Below, one piece after another: positions 1-12,060 of a stretch of 64,000 nt of DNA (positions are counted from its first letter, which is position 1; every line of letters begins with the position of its first letter). Both the position numbers and the translations under genes were made by a program. The stretch comes from Camelus dromedarius (Eukaryota), in assembly GCF_036321535.1 (NCBI RefSeq), contig NC_087437.1:112222001-112286000 (forward strand). The letters run 5' to 3'. Below the pieces are notes generated by a model. It worked only from the letters and a program-made list of their open reading frames with translations. It ran no database searches and was not told the DNA's origin.

Positions 1-139
1 TGCCAAAAATTTTTTTAATAAAAAGAAGTTGAATCATTATGTTGTACACCTAATGTAATAAAGCTGATATAATGCTGTATGTCAATTACACTCTAATTTA
101 AATAAAAGAGAAATGAGAAATAAGGGGAAATGAAACAAT

Positions 140-830
140 AATAAAGAAATCTAGAAAAGGAACCAAGCATAAGAAGTAAAAAATAAAAATAGTTGAAGTA
201 AAGAACACATTGATGGGACAAGGAGCAGAATGGATACAACTCAAGAACAAATTAGTGAATTGGAATTCCAGATTGAAGAAAATCTTTAAAGGAAGGACAA
301 AAAATTAGGAAATATTAAAGAAAAGCAGAGAAATGTGGGTGATTTATGTATAAGTGCTAACAACCAGATAATGAGACTCAGAAAGACAGAGGGATAAAAT
401 GAGGAGGAAATAGCTGAAGAAATAATGGAGCTAGATTTCCTAGAATTGAAAGAAAGAAAGAAAAGAAAGACAGACCTGAATGAAAGGGCCTGTAGAATGA
501 TAAGGAGGAAAAATAATGGGGCAGGAATCACACATAGAAATCTATAATAAAGTGTAGGATTATCAAAGACAAAGAAAATTCTGAAAATTTCTTAAGAAAA
601 AAAGCACTTCATGCAAAGGAACAAAAATCAGATAGACATCAGATTCCCTAACAGCAACAGCAGATGCATGAAAACAATGGAGCATGCTTTTGTTAAAATA
701 CAGAAAAAATACAGAAGAAAATGACCTTAGAACCAAGAAATATATAACCAGCCAAACTGGCATGAGATATCAGGGCATGAAATAAATATTTTCAGTTATA
801 CAAGATCTGAAAACTTGAATAAACAGAGAA
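140..830 (+). mobile_element. Degenerate old L1/HAL1 ORF1 fragment
   Basis: A-rich ORF1-like text (gaacaaattagtgaattggaa, atcagatagacatcagattccctaacagcaaca) with many stops. Confidence 0.6.
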
Positions 831-973
831 ACAAATCAAGGAGTGGCTGCAAGAAACATGGAAATTAAAGTAACAAAATACCTTAGAAAAATTAATTACT
901 GTATTTAAAAAAAAATACTAAGACCAAAGAACAAAAAAAAATGTTTATAATTACCCAGAATTAAAGTCTAGAT

Positions 974-2076
974 TAGCACTTGTCCATTAGAAATATCATG
1001 TAAGCCACGTATGTCATTTTAAACTAAAGCAGCACTATATACAATAACAAGACATAGAAACAACCTAAATGTCCATAGCCAGATGACTGGATAAAGAAGC
1101 TGTGGTATATTTATACAATGGAATACTAGTCAGCCATAAAAAAGAATAAAATAATGTCATTTGCAGCAACGTGGTTGGACCTAGACATCATCATTCTAAG
1201 TGAAGTAAGCCAGAAAGAGAAAGAAAAATACTATATGATATCACTCATATGGAATCTTAAAAAAAAGAAGAAGAAGAAAGGACATTATGAACTCATCTAC
1301 ATAACAGAAACAGATTCACAGACATAGCAAACAATCTTATAGTTACTGGGAAAATGGGGTGGGAAGGGATAAATTTGGGAGTTTGAGATTTGCAAATGTT
1401 AGCTACTATATAAAAACAGATTAAAAAACAAGTGTCTTCTGTATAGCACAGGGAACTGTATTCAATATCTTCTAATAACCTTTAATGAAAAAGAATATGA
1501 AAATGAATATATACACGTATGTGCATGACGAACATTGTGCTGTACACAAGAAATTGACACATTGTAACTGACTGTACTTCAATTAAAAAAAAACTATCAT
1601 TGTAAATCAACTACACTTCAATAAAAAAAAAAAAGAACCTAATTGGGAGTTTGGGATTTGCAGATACTAACTACTATATAGAAAATAGATAAATGGCAAG
1701 GTCCTACTGTATAGCACAGGGAACTAGATTCTATATCTTGTAATAACTTATAATGAAAAAGAATATGAAAAGGAACATATATACATTAAATAAATATATA
1801 AATAAAAATAAACTAAAGCTACATTTAAATTTTTAAAACAGGTGAAATTAATTTTAATTACATTTTATTTAACCCAACATATCCAAAATAATATCATTTC
1901 AACAAATAATCAATAAAAAAACTGTTAATGAGACCTTCTACATATTTTTTCCACATACTAACTCTTCAAAATCCAGTGTGTGTTTCACATTTAGAGCACA
2001 TCTCAGTTTGAACTAACCACATTTCAAGAGCTCAGTGGACACATGTAGCCAGTGGCTCTTGTACTGGGCAGTGCTG
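974..2076 (+). mobile_element. MER33-like hAT-Charlie DNA transposon, split by an L1 insertion
   Basis: 5' part ttgtccattagaaatatcatgtaagccacgtatgt and 3' part ending ccacatttcaagagctcagtggacacatgtagccagtggct...cagtgctg; flanked by gtctagat / ctctagaa hAT-type target sites. Confidence 0.75.
1031..1808 (+). mobile_element. Younger 5'-truncated L1 (ORF2 end + 3' UTR) with composite tail and TSD TAAACTAAAGC
   Basis: ORF2 C-terminal text (caacctaaatgtcc...tggataaagaagctgtggtatat...ctaagtgaagtaagccag), 3' UTR and poly(A); TSD at 1020-1030 and 1809-1819. Confidence 0.85.
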
Positions 2077-2399
2077 CTCTAGAAAACATTAATACCATGG
2101 TGTTGGGAATGGAGGCCACCATGGACTATGACAGTGTGCTAAGTATTTGTCTTATCTGATGGGGGAAACAAATTTTACTTTTTAAAGACATTGCAAAGGA
2201 GGGACAAACTAAGTAATAAATTAAAAGCCAAGCTGGGACTATGGTTGTTCCCAGGGCATAAAATTTAAGGAAGCACTCATTGTCAGGTGCTGACTTTGAA
2301 GTTGCATGACCCCAAAAGTGAATGCCTCCTTGAATTCTGTGCCTGGGAACCATATTTGCCTCACATTAGTCTCAGCCCTAATTAAGACAGCACAAATAG

Positions 2400-3380
2400 G
2401 TTCAAATATATTAATAACTATAATAAATGTAAACGAACTAAATGCACCAAAAGACATAGATTGAAAGATGAGTGGGAAAAAAATCTAGATATGTAGTGTC
2501 TTATATGAGTTACACATACAACATACGAGCACACAAAGGTTGAAAATAAAAGCATGGAAAAAGTGTAGCAGGCAAATAGTAGCTCGTGTAGCAATATTAA
2601 TACCATCTAAAATTAGGGTAACTATATATAATCTAGTGTTTAAAACAGCATACCTTTGAGAATTATTTAGAAAAATAAACCAAGATCATCTTAGGCAAAT
2701 CAGGATGTATTGTCATTAATGCAATATGAAATAAACCAGAGAGTATTATAAAGGATGAAGAGGGTCTCTAAAAGTGATATAAGATTTGATTCCCCAAGAA
2801 CATATGAAGCAAAAATTGATATAAATATAGGGAGAAATTGATCACATCCACCTTCACAGTGGCAGATTTCAACACATCATTCTCAATCAATGATGGGTCA
2901 AGTAAACAAAAAAATCAGCAAGAATATAACAGATTTGAACATCATCTAAAAATATAGAGTTATACACCCAAAACTTAAAGAATACATTTTTTTCCAAGCA
3001 CACATGAAACATTTACAAAAATTGACCACATACTAGGCTATAGAGAAAACCTAAGCAAATTTCAAAGTTAAATACCATACAAACCAGATCTTCTGACCAT
3101 ATGTAACTGAGACAGAAACTAATATAAATGAAAATAATTGCATATTTGCTGGTGAGGGTGTAAACTTATGTAAGAACATTGGGGAAAAGCTTGGCATGTC
3201 CTCCTAAAGTTAAAAATTCCCATACATTCTGACTCAACAGTTTCACTCTTAGAAACATACTTGAAGCTCTTGCACCTGTGAAACCAGCAAAATATACAAG
3301 AATGTTTATAGCAGGACTGCTCTCAATAACAAAAACCTGAAAACAACCCAAATACTCCTCAAGGAAAAATGGGAAAATAG
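2400..3380 (+). mobile_element. Old L1 ORF2 fragments (endonuclease region and 3' part)
   Basis: Degenerate L1 motifs (aaatgtaaacgaactaaatgcacca, caagcacacatgaaacatttacaaaaattgaccacatactagg). Confidence 0.65.
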
Positions 3381-3387
3381 ATTATGG

Positions 3388-3960
3388 TTGTGTTCATCTT
3401 CTCCTGCTACATGACAAATTACCACAAACAGTAGCTTAAAACAATACCCATTTTTTAATATCAAAGTTCTATAGATTAGAAGTCTAGGCACACCATGGCT
3501 GGGTTCTCTGCTCAGGGTCTCACCAAGCTGGATCAAGGTGTCAGACAGGGCAGTCATCTCATTCGAGGCTGGGGTCCACTTCCAAGCTCACTGAATATTG
3601 GTAGAATTCAGTTCCCAGTGGTTGTAGGACGGAGTCTCCACTTTCTTGCTGGCTGTCAGCAGGGACCATTCTTAGCTTCTAGAGGCCACCTGCCACGTGG
3701 CCATCTCCACAACAGGACAGTTTCCTTCTGCAAGGCTAGCAGAGGAACTTCCCTGTAGCTTTCAATCTCTGACTCCAGACACAGATTTAAAGGGCTCGTG
3801 TGATTGGGGAAAGTGCCCTTTCTTAAGGTCTGATTTGGGACCCTAATTACATCTGCAAAATCCTATTACAGCAGCACCTAGAGTAGTGTTGGATTGAATA
3901 ATGTGTGGGTACACCAGGATGTAGGAGTCTTGGCAGCCCTCTTAGAATTCTGCTTCCACA
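3388..3960 (-). mobile_element. MaLR solo LTR (MLT1D-like)
   Basis: Typical MLT1 text: acaaattaccacaaacagtagcttaaaacaa...ctcagggtctcaccaagctggatcaaggtgtcag...cttagaattctgcttccaca. Confidence 0.7.
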
Positions 3961-4123
3961 ATGCTCTATTCACACAAAGAATATTATATAGCACTCAAAT
4001 GGAATGAATTATAGCCACCTGCAACAATGTGGATGAGCCTTAGAAATTTAATACTATATGAAAAATACATAGCCCCAAAAGACTCTAATTAAAAATGACT
4101 AAAATTTTAAAAGTACTTTTAAG

Positions 4124-4275
4124 AGGAGGAGGGCATAGCTCAAGCGGTAGAGCACATGCTTAGCATGCACAAGGTCCTAGGTTCAATCCCCAGTACCTAC
4201 TCTAAAAATAAATTAAATAAATAAATCTAATTACCCTCCCCCCCTGCAAAAAAACTAAAAAGATTTTTTTTTAAA
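4124..4275 (+). mobile_element. tRNA-Ala-derived SINE (camelid Vic-1-like) with 16-bp TSD
   Basis: Box A/B tRNA head (tagctcaagcggtagagc...ggttcaatcccc), A-rich tail, identical TAAAAGTACTTTTAAG at 4108-4123 and 4276-4291. Confidence 0.85.
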
Positions 4276-5725
4276 TAAAAGTACTTTTAAGGGATATGTA
4301 CAGATGCAACAAAGTGATATAACAAGAGAAAGTAAGGAGATGGTAGACTGGATTCTGGATGCCCTGGTGAGGTGGTGAGGGGGTGGGGGAGGCAGGAGGC
4401 AGAAGGCTAGGATGCTGAAGAGTTAGATGTAGGTTATTGTTAGGGGTCTAGGTGTGGGAGGGGAGAGGATAAGTGGGTTCATATATGTTATTATATTGTT
4501 TTAAATAACTAACTTATGCAGTACTGTATGTCAATTATATCTCAATAAAACTGGAAAAATAAATAAACACTAAAAACAAAATAAAAGAATGAATTAATTT
4601 GAAGCTGGACAAGTAGGGATCAATGATGAGAAAACATCATGAACTAAGGATTATGACTGATTATTCCTATTCTGTGCACCTGATTTAAAAGGAAGTCTAA
4701 TTAAATGATTTAAAATTAGATCTAATTTAAAGTGAAGAAAAGAAAAAATACTTGTCAAATGAAAGAACATGTTACAATGTTAAATGGAAGAATATATTAC
4801 GGAATTAAAAAGTGTGTTCCTTCTAGGGCAGGGGAAATTCGGACAGTATCAAAGAGGCAGTGACAGATTTTTCTCAGGGTAAACTCGTCACCCTGGAAAA
4901 CTTCCAAAACGTAAGCAGAAGATACTATTTTGTCCTTGGAGGAGCCTGGTCTGAACGTAACTGGGGAGACTGGCTATCACGTCCACCTGCTCAGACCTCA
5001 GGCTCTGTCTTATCCCTGGTTTTCTGTTGCCTGCACCTCCCCAGGGCCACTGGCTCCTTTGCACTAGCCTTTAAACACACTCTGGGCTCTGCCATTGGGG
5101 GGAAAAAAGGTAAGAATGAAGCAGGACCTCTCAGCTCCCCACACCTCACAGCTGCAACACTAGGTCCCTCCCACACTTTCCCTGCAAAGCTTCTTATAAA
5201 CAAGCCCCCTACATTCTCACCTAGCTTTCATCCTCCCCACTGGGCACCACGTGTGTTCCACCAGGTCACAGGGGACTGCTCAGCACAGAACTCTCTTGAC
5301 ATTTTGGTGCCCTTTGATTCTATTGACAGCTTCCTCCGTGCATCCTTTTCCTCTGGCAGCTCTAACGGCACCCTGGTTTTTCTATCATCTCCCTGACTTA
5401 CCTTTTCTGTCTGATCTGCAGGCTCAACTTCCTCCAGTGTTCCCTACAAGTTGAGATGGCTTGTGGCTCTGTCCTCACATGCCCGGGCCCTGATCCCTAT
5501 TCTGTCTGGAGTAGCTCACCTGTGCTTACAGAATCGGTTGCCATTTGTATACTGCTGGTCTCCAAATCCTTCCTTGCAGCTGAAATCTTCTTCACTCTGG
5601 GTGCACAGAACCAAATCCTTCCTGGAAACTTCTTCAGTGATCCTGTACATCCAACTCTCTGTGCCCCCAAACTGAGATCGTCATTTCCTCCACCCCCCAA
5701 CATCTCCTACTTCCTTGATGTACAC

Positions 5726-6128
5726 TGTATTAGTCAACATTCTCCAGAGAAAGAGAACCAAAGGTATATGCACATGTCCATATATACAGAGGGAGAAAGA
5801 GAGAGAATTTAATGAACTAGTTCAGGCAATTGTGGAGGCTGGCAGGATGGAGGTCTAGGGAAGAGCTGACGTTGCAGCTTGAGTCTGAAAGCATTCTGAA
5901 GGCAGAATGCCTTCCTCCTCAAGGAACTGCAGTCTTTTCTCTTAAGGCTTTCAAATGACTGGATCGGACCCACCCCCCATTTATAGAGGGTGATCTGCTT
6001 TACTCAAAGTCTACTGGATTTAAATATTCATCACAACTAAAATGTACCTTAACAACAATATCCAGACCAAGATTTAATGAAGACTGGGTACCATGGCCTA
6101 CCATGGCCTGGGTACCTTACCCATCACA
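5726..6128 (-). mobile_element. MLT2-like ERVL LTR
   Basis: tgtattagtcaacattctccagagaaagagaacca...ctgactggat-like core...ttacccatcaca. Confidence 0.65.
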
Positions 6129-6644
6129 CTATCTTAGAAAATGGTACCACCATCGAACAGGTGCCTAATCCAGGATCTTGGGAGTTTGCCTTGACTCCTA
6201 ATGTAGCTCTGACTCCACATAGTCAATCTAGTGCCATGTTCACTTTATTCACCTTCCTAAATATTTCTAATCCATCCCCACAGCCGACATCCTGGTCCAG
6301 GTCCCCATCACATCTGAGCTACTTCAAAAGTCACTCCACTACACTCTGCATCTGATCTCTCCTTCTGCAGACCTTCCCAGGACACAAGGAGAGGCCATGT
6401 TAATCCGTAAACTGCCATGTGTTAATTTGCTGCTCTGGTGGCACCACAAATGCCACAGCTGCCACACAACCTGATTCAGGTGTGTTCTGTCACTGACTCA
6501 GATACTGTGAGTGATGTTATTGCTGTGTGATTTTTCCAGAATGGAGAAGAACTCGTGGCAAAGTTCTAAACAAAACAAAGTACAATCGTCTCTCAATTTA
6601 CACAGCAGTTACATTTCTGGAACATTCAGTGATATTAAAACCAT

Positions 6645-6820
6645 GCTAAGTCTGCTCAGGCTGCTGTAACAAAATACTATATACTGAATGGTTTAGACAA
6701 CAGATATTTATTTCTCATGGTTCTGGAGGCTGAAAGTCCAAGACAAGGTGCTGACCAGTTCATTTCCTGGAGAAAGTCTCTTCCGCTTCTTAGAAGGGCA
6801 CTGATTCATGAGGAGGGTTC
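6645..6820 (-). mobile_element. MaLR LTR fragment (MLT1A/B-like)
   Basis: ctcaggctgctgtaacaaaatac...tttatttctcatggttctggaggctgaaagtccaag. Confidence 0.6.
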
Positions 6821-7606
6821 ACAGCATTTGTCTTGAAGTGTCTTACAGCCTTCTCTCTCTGTACACTGACACCCTGTGGGAGCAGTGTCCCCAGTGACAC
6901 TACTGCTTCCCAGGGACCCACTGGGACCTAGGATTGAGTCTCAGCACCTTGATCAGCCCTTGCCAGTCTTCTATAAGCTACTTGCCTTCTTGAGTTACTC
7001 CCCTAGAAATGCAGGGTCTCCTGGGGGTCCATCAGTTTTCCAGGCACAGAGTTCTCCCAACAGATGGCCATAGACCATTAGGAGAACTTGGGGTACATAA
7101 GAAAATAGCGAGGTTTATGGTTTTTAAAATTAAGCTACATTTATGTAGTAATGCAAACTCACTAGATGGCATTTATTAATGTATATTAATGAATTAATGA
7201 ATTCGTTGCCATGGTACGAAGTCTCAAGACACTTTAGGAATCACGTGGTCTATCAGCATGTTCTAGATGAAAAAGTTGTCTCAGATCCCCTCATTCCTTT
7301 TTTTCCCTTTCCTTTCAAGCCCTGGTGGTACCCATTTCTCAAGCAATCTTAGGGGATGATCTTGACTCCTTTGGACTGCAGTGGCCACAGGGCCCTGGCA
7401 CCTGCCCCACCCATAAGGATTCATAACGGTGAGGGTATGAGTGGAGCCAAGCCCTAGAGGGTGATGCTGGCTAAAAAAGAGGGTGAAAGAGGAAGGAAAT
7501 GAGTAATTCTGAAAATCAGCAGTGGGGAAAGAGAGTCATGTGCACGTGGCTTAGTCCCTGAGTTGAGGTTGAGGTGGTGAAGGTAGCCCACTCTTTGTTC
7601 ATCACA

Positions 7607-7879
7607 CAGTTTCCTGGATTCCCCTCACCCACTCCATCTAAACAATTTCACTCTTGCCTTTATCACCTCTTTTCCCCATTAATAATGTCTCACTCTCTAT
7701 CAGACAGTAATCAACAGACTGTGAACATGCATGGTAATCTATAATCTTTAAAATGCCCATCCCTTAAAACAACAATGGAATACCACTACACAGCTGTTAG
7801 AATGGCTAAAATTCAAACCATTGACAGCACTAGATGCTGATGAGGATGTGAAGAAGTGAGAACTCTCATTCATTGCTCA
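7607..7879 (+). repeat. Copy 1 of a 273-bp local direct duplication
   Basis: Matches 8644-8916 with 5 mismatches by eye. Confidence 0.95.
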
Positions 7880-8643
7880 GAAGGCCAGAAGACACCAAGG
7901 CTGCAATGCCCTGGACTATTAGTAGAGACAGCTTGCTGCTGAGTTGAAAGAAGCAGCCCCTCCCTGCTCCATTTCTTCCCATCTGCCTGGGCTGAGGAAG
8001 GCAGCTGCACACAGAGAGATGCTAAGTGTGCTCAAACTCTGCTTTGTGGTTTCTTAGTCAGAGACTTGGGCGGAAACGAACCCCCACAATCCTCACGCGA
8101 TCCGAGTCTGAGAGAGGGGTCGTGGCTGATCATGAGCACAGCATCTAGAACCTCAACCTGCACCCACCAAGAGGAAGTTAGAGCTAAGCATTCAGCTCAG
8201 AAGTGAACTTGACCGATGAGAGGTTCATGTCAGAGTTGAGACCAGATCCAGTTCTCTGACCCCTAAGTTGGCGTTCTTTCTACTGATTCTTCCCTCCCCC
8301 AGGAGACCAGGAGAGTAGCAGAGTGTAGGGGTATGGATTTTATGAAAGGAGCGATCAAACCCACATCAGTCCTCTCTTCAGTCCAGGGAAATTCCTTCAC
8401 TAGGTCATCTTCCATCATGAAGTCTTTGATATACAAGAGTATCCCACATCGAGAAATTTTTTCCCTAGAAACCCCCTCCACGACCCTTCCCACGCATCTC
8501 ATTTTCAGCAGGTGACTTTGCTACATACTTCCTGAAAAAAGCAGAAGTTGTCACTCTCTTTCTGTGCCCAAATCTACCCACTCTTTCTGCCTTCCTATTT
8601 CTAGAGGGAACAAAAGGCCCCTTCTACCTAAGACCAGCCCCTT

Positions 8644-8916
8644 CAGTTTCCTGGATTCCCCTCACCCACTCCATCTAAACAATTTCACTCTTGCCTTTAT
8701 CACCTCTTTTCCCCATTAATAATGTCTCACTCTCTATCGGACCATAATCAACAGACTGTGAACATGCATGGTAATCTATAATCTTTAAAATGCCCATCCC
8801 TTAAAACAACAATGGAACACCACTACACGGCTGTTAGAATGGCTAAAATTCAAACCATTGACAGCACTAGATGCTGATGAGGATGTGAAGAAGTGAGAAC
8901 TCTCATTCATTGCTCA
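8644..8916 (+). repeat. Copy 2 (likely donor) of the 273-bp duplication
   Basis: Continues seamlessly into the L1 body downstream. Confidence 0.95.
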
Positions 8917-9730
8917 TGGGAATGCAAAATGGCGTGGCCACTTTGGAAGACCATTTGGTAGTTTCTTATGAAACTAAACATGACTCTTCAAATATGATCC
9001 AGGCAATTGCACTCTTTGACATTTACCCATGAGTTGAAACTGTTCACAGAAAAACTTGCACAAGGATGTTTACAACAGCATTGTTAATTGCCAAAACAGG
9101 GAAACAACCAAGATGCCTTTCCATAGGTGAATGAATAAACAAACTATGGTACATCTGTACAATGGAATATTATTCAGCACTAAAAAGAAAGGTAATATCA
9201 AGCCACAAAAAAGACGTGGAGAAACCTTAAGTGACTTTACTGAGTAAAAGAAGCCAATCTGAAAAGTCTATGTACTGTATGATTCCAACTATAAGTCATG
9301 TTAGAAAAAGCAAAACTATGGAGACCGTAAAAAATCACTAGTTGCCAGGGACTAAGGAGGAAAAATTGAGGAATGAATAGATGGAGCCTGGGACATTTTT
9401 AGGGCAGTGAAACTATTCTATATGATACTGTAATGGTGGATATGTTTCATTATGCTTTTGTCAAAACTCATAGATTGTAGAGCAGAAGAGTGAACCCCTA
9501 ATTAACTGTAGTTAGTAATAATGTACCGACATTGGCTCACCAATCGTAGCAAATTATTGGTTTGTTTGTTACAAATTATTTTTTGTAACAAACAAAAAAA
9601 TTGCTACATTATTACAAGATGTTAAATGGGAAACAGGAAGGAGGGGTAATATAGAAACTCTGTACTTTTCACACAGTTCTTCTATAAATCAAAAACTGCT
9701 CTTTAAAAATAATCTACTAATTAAAAAAAT
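8808..9730 (+). mobile_element. Old L1 3' region (L1MC-like)
   Basis: gttagaatggctaaaattc...gaactctcattcattgct...aatggaatattattcagcactaaaaagaaa...3' UTR ending in an A-rich tail. Confidence 0.75.
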
Positions 9731-9872
9731 TAAAATATTCACTGGCCCATGAATACCCTTAGCCCACCCTGGCTCCCACCCCTCTTCCCTGCTCACTTTC
9801 ACAACAAAACTTCTCCAAAGTTGCTTTCTCTCCTTTCCCACCTCCCGTTTTTTTCCCTAACCCTTTCTCCCT

Positions 9873-10330
9873 GTATTGGTTTCCTATTACTGCTGTAAGA
9901 AATTACTACAATCTTAGCAGCTTAAAAGAAATTTATCATCTTACAGATCTGGAGGTCAGTCTTAAAATACAGGTGACAGCAGGGTTGCGTGTCTTCTGGG
10001 GATTTATGGGGGAAATCCATTTCCTTGTCTTTTCTAGCCTCTGAAGGTACCTGCATTCGCTCCCATTCTCTGTCTTCCAGGACAGCATCTTCCCACGGCT
10101 GACCTCTCCTTCTGCCCTTACATCTCTTTTCTCTGACTCTGATCTTCCTGCCTCTTATATAGACCTCATGATTACCTTGAGCCCACCCAAATAATCCAGG
10201 ATAATCTCCCCATCTCAAGATCCTTAATCACATCTGTAAAAAGTCCCTTTTACCGTGTAAGATGATATAGTCACAGATTCTGGGGATCGGGATGGAGATG
10301 TCTTTGGGAGCCATTATTAAGCCTGCCACA
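9873..10330 (-). mobile_element. MaLR solo LTR (MLT1B/C-like)
   Basis: tgtattggtttcctattactgctgtaag...ataatccaggataatctccccatctcaagatccttaatcacatctg...gcctgccaca. Confidence 0.75.
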
Positions 10331-10754
10331 CTCTCTAATTGGGCTCCACTGAGACAACTCTTGTCAAGAGGTAACCAGCAGCATCTGAGTTGCAAAGCCC
10401 TGATCACTACTTCATCTTACTTAACCTCTCAGCCACATTCAACAGAATTGATCAAGAAATTCTCTTCTCACAGCTTCCAGGACATCCAGTCTCTTGGTTT
10501 TCTCCCATCCACACTGACCAGGCATGGCAAGTTTTTTTCACCTCGCTTCCCTCCAGGACATCTAAACATTGGTGAGACCCCGGGCCCGGTCCTCAGCCAT
10601 CTTCTCCAGCTGTTCTGAGGTGACTGTGTAGAACTGGTAACAACATTTCAGCTCTATGCTGATGATGTGCAAATTTATAATTCCTGCTCATTCCTTTCCA
10701 CCAAGACCCAGAATTGTATACCTCACAGCCTTCTTCTTGGTACATCTCCTATAA

Positions 10755-12060
10755 AATTTTACTCTTAAAAAATATCACAGACTTACAGAAAAGTTGAACT
10801 ACAGTACAAAGACCTTTATTTCTGAACCATTTTCTAATGCTCCATCATCCCTAAATACTTTCATATTTCCTACAAATAAGAACACTTCTACATAAACTAC
10901 AACATCACAATCAGGAAATTGACTTTGATACATGGATATCGGCTCATCTTTTGACCCCCTTCAAGTATCACCAGTCACATCCTCTCTGGCTAAAAGGATT
11001 CACCTCAAAGACACAGATCGCATCAAGTTGTCATGGTTCTTTAGTCTCCTCTAGTCTTGAATGGTTCCTCAGACTTTGACCTTCACAACATAAACTTCAT
11101 GACATTAAGAAACTGCAGACCAGTGATTTTGTAGCTTATCTCTCTATCTGGTTATGAACCTTGGCCAGGAGTGTCACAGATGTGGTACTACAAACCTTCT
11201 TCTCACTGCTCCCTGTCGAGTGGTGTGTAGTTTTACTTTACCCCATTATTGATGGTGCTCGATTGCATTGTTTGGTTAAGAAGACCTCTGCCAGTGTTCA
11301 CCACTGTAAAGTTCCTCTGTTCCCCTTTGTAATGAGTAAGTATGCTTGTGGGGAGATGCTTTGAAACAAGCAAATATCCTGCTCTTCATCAAACTTTCGT
11401 TGTATTCAGTATTTTTAAAATGGCAGTCACAAGTGTGGATGCATGATTTCCTTTTTATTCAGTGGGTTACAATCCATTTCTAGCATTATTTATTTTTCTA
11501 CCCAAATTGTCCCTGCTTTGCCCTATTCTCTTGACATGCCCCTATCATTCCTTGAGCACTTCCTTGCTTTCCTGAATAAGATGATCCAGATGCCTTGTGC
11601 TTTCCCTGTCCCTTGGGATCCCATCATTCCTCCAAGGAACCCAGTTCCTTTTACTGGAAACTTATACTTAGAATCAAAGATCTAAATAGTAGGTGTGATC
11701 GTCACTGTCAGAGGTCACCAGGCTCCCAGAAGGGCAGAGCCAGTGGTGGGGTGGGGGTGGAAATACACACACATGCACTAATTTATATCTCAGAGGGCAG
11801 AATTAGGGAGAAAAACACACTAACACACACAGACACACATACATACGCATGTATGTCTATACTTATTTCTATATCTGTATCTCCCTTTCTAAGGTCCTAT
11901 CTGACTATCTCTAGAAAATCATAAGCTCACATCAACACCTCCAATTCCAATCCAACAATTTAGGATTAGTTTTTATTTTTCCCTTTCATTGCTTGTAACT
12001 TCCTTCTCCATCTGTGACAACCTCAGTTCTCATTATTCTTAACAGATTTGTATTTTGATT
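10755..12060 (-). mobile_element. Old antisense L1 (L1MC/ME-like) 3' fragments
   Basis: acagacttacagaaaagttg...tttgtaatgagtaagtatgcttgtggggagatgctttgaaac. Confidence 0.5.
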
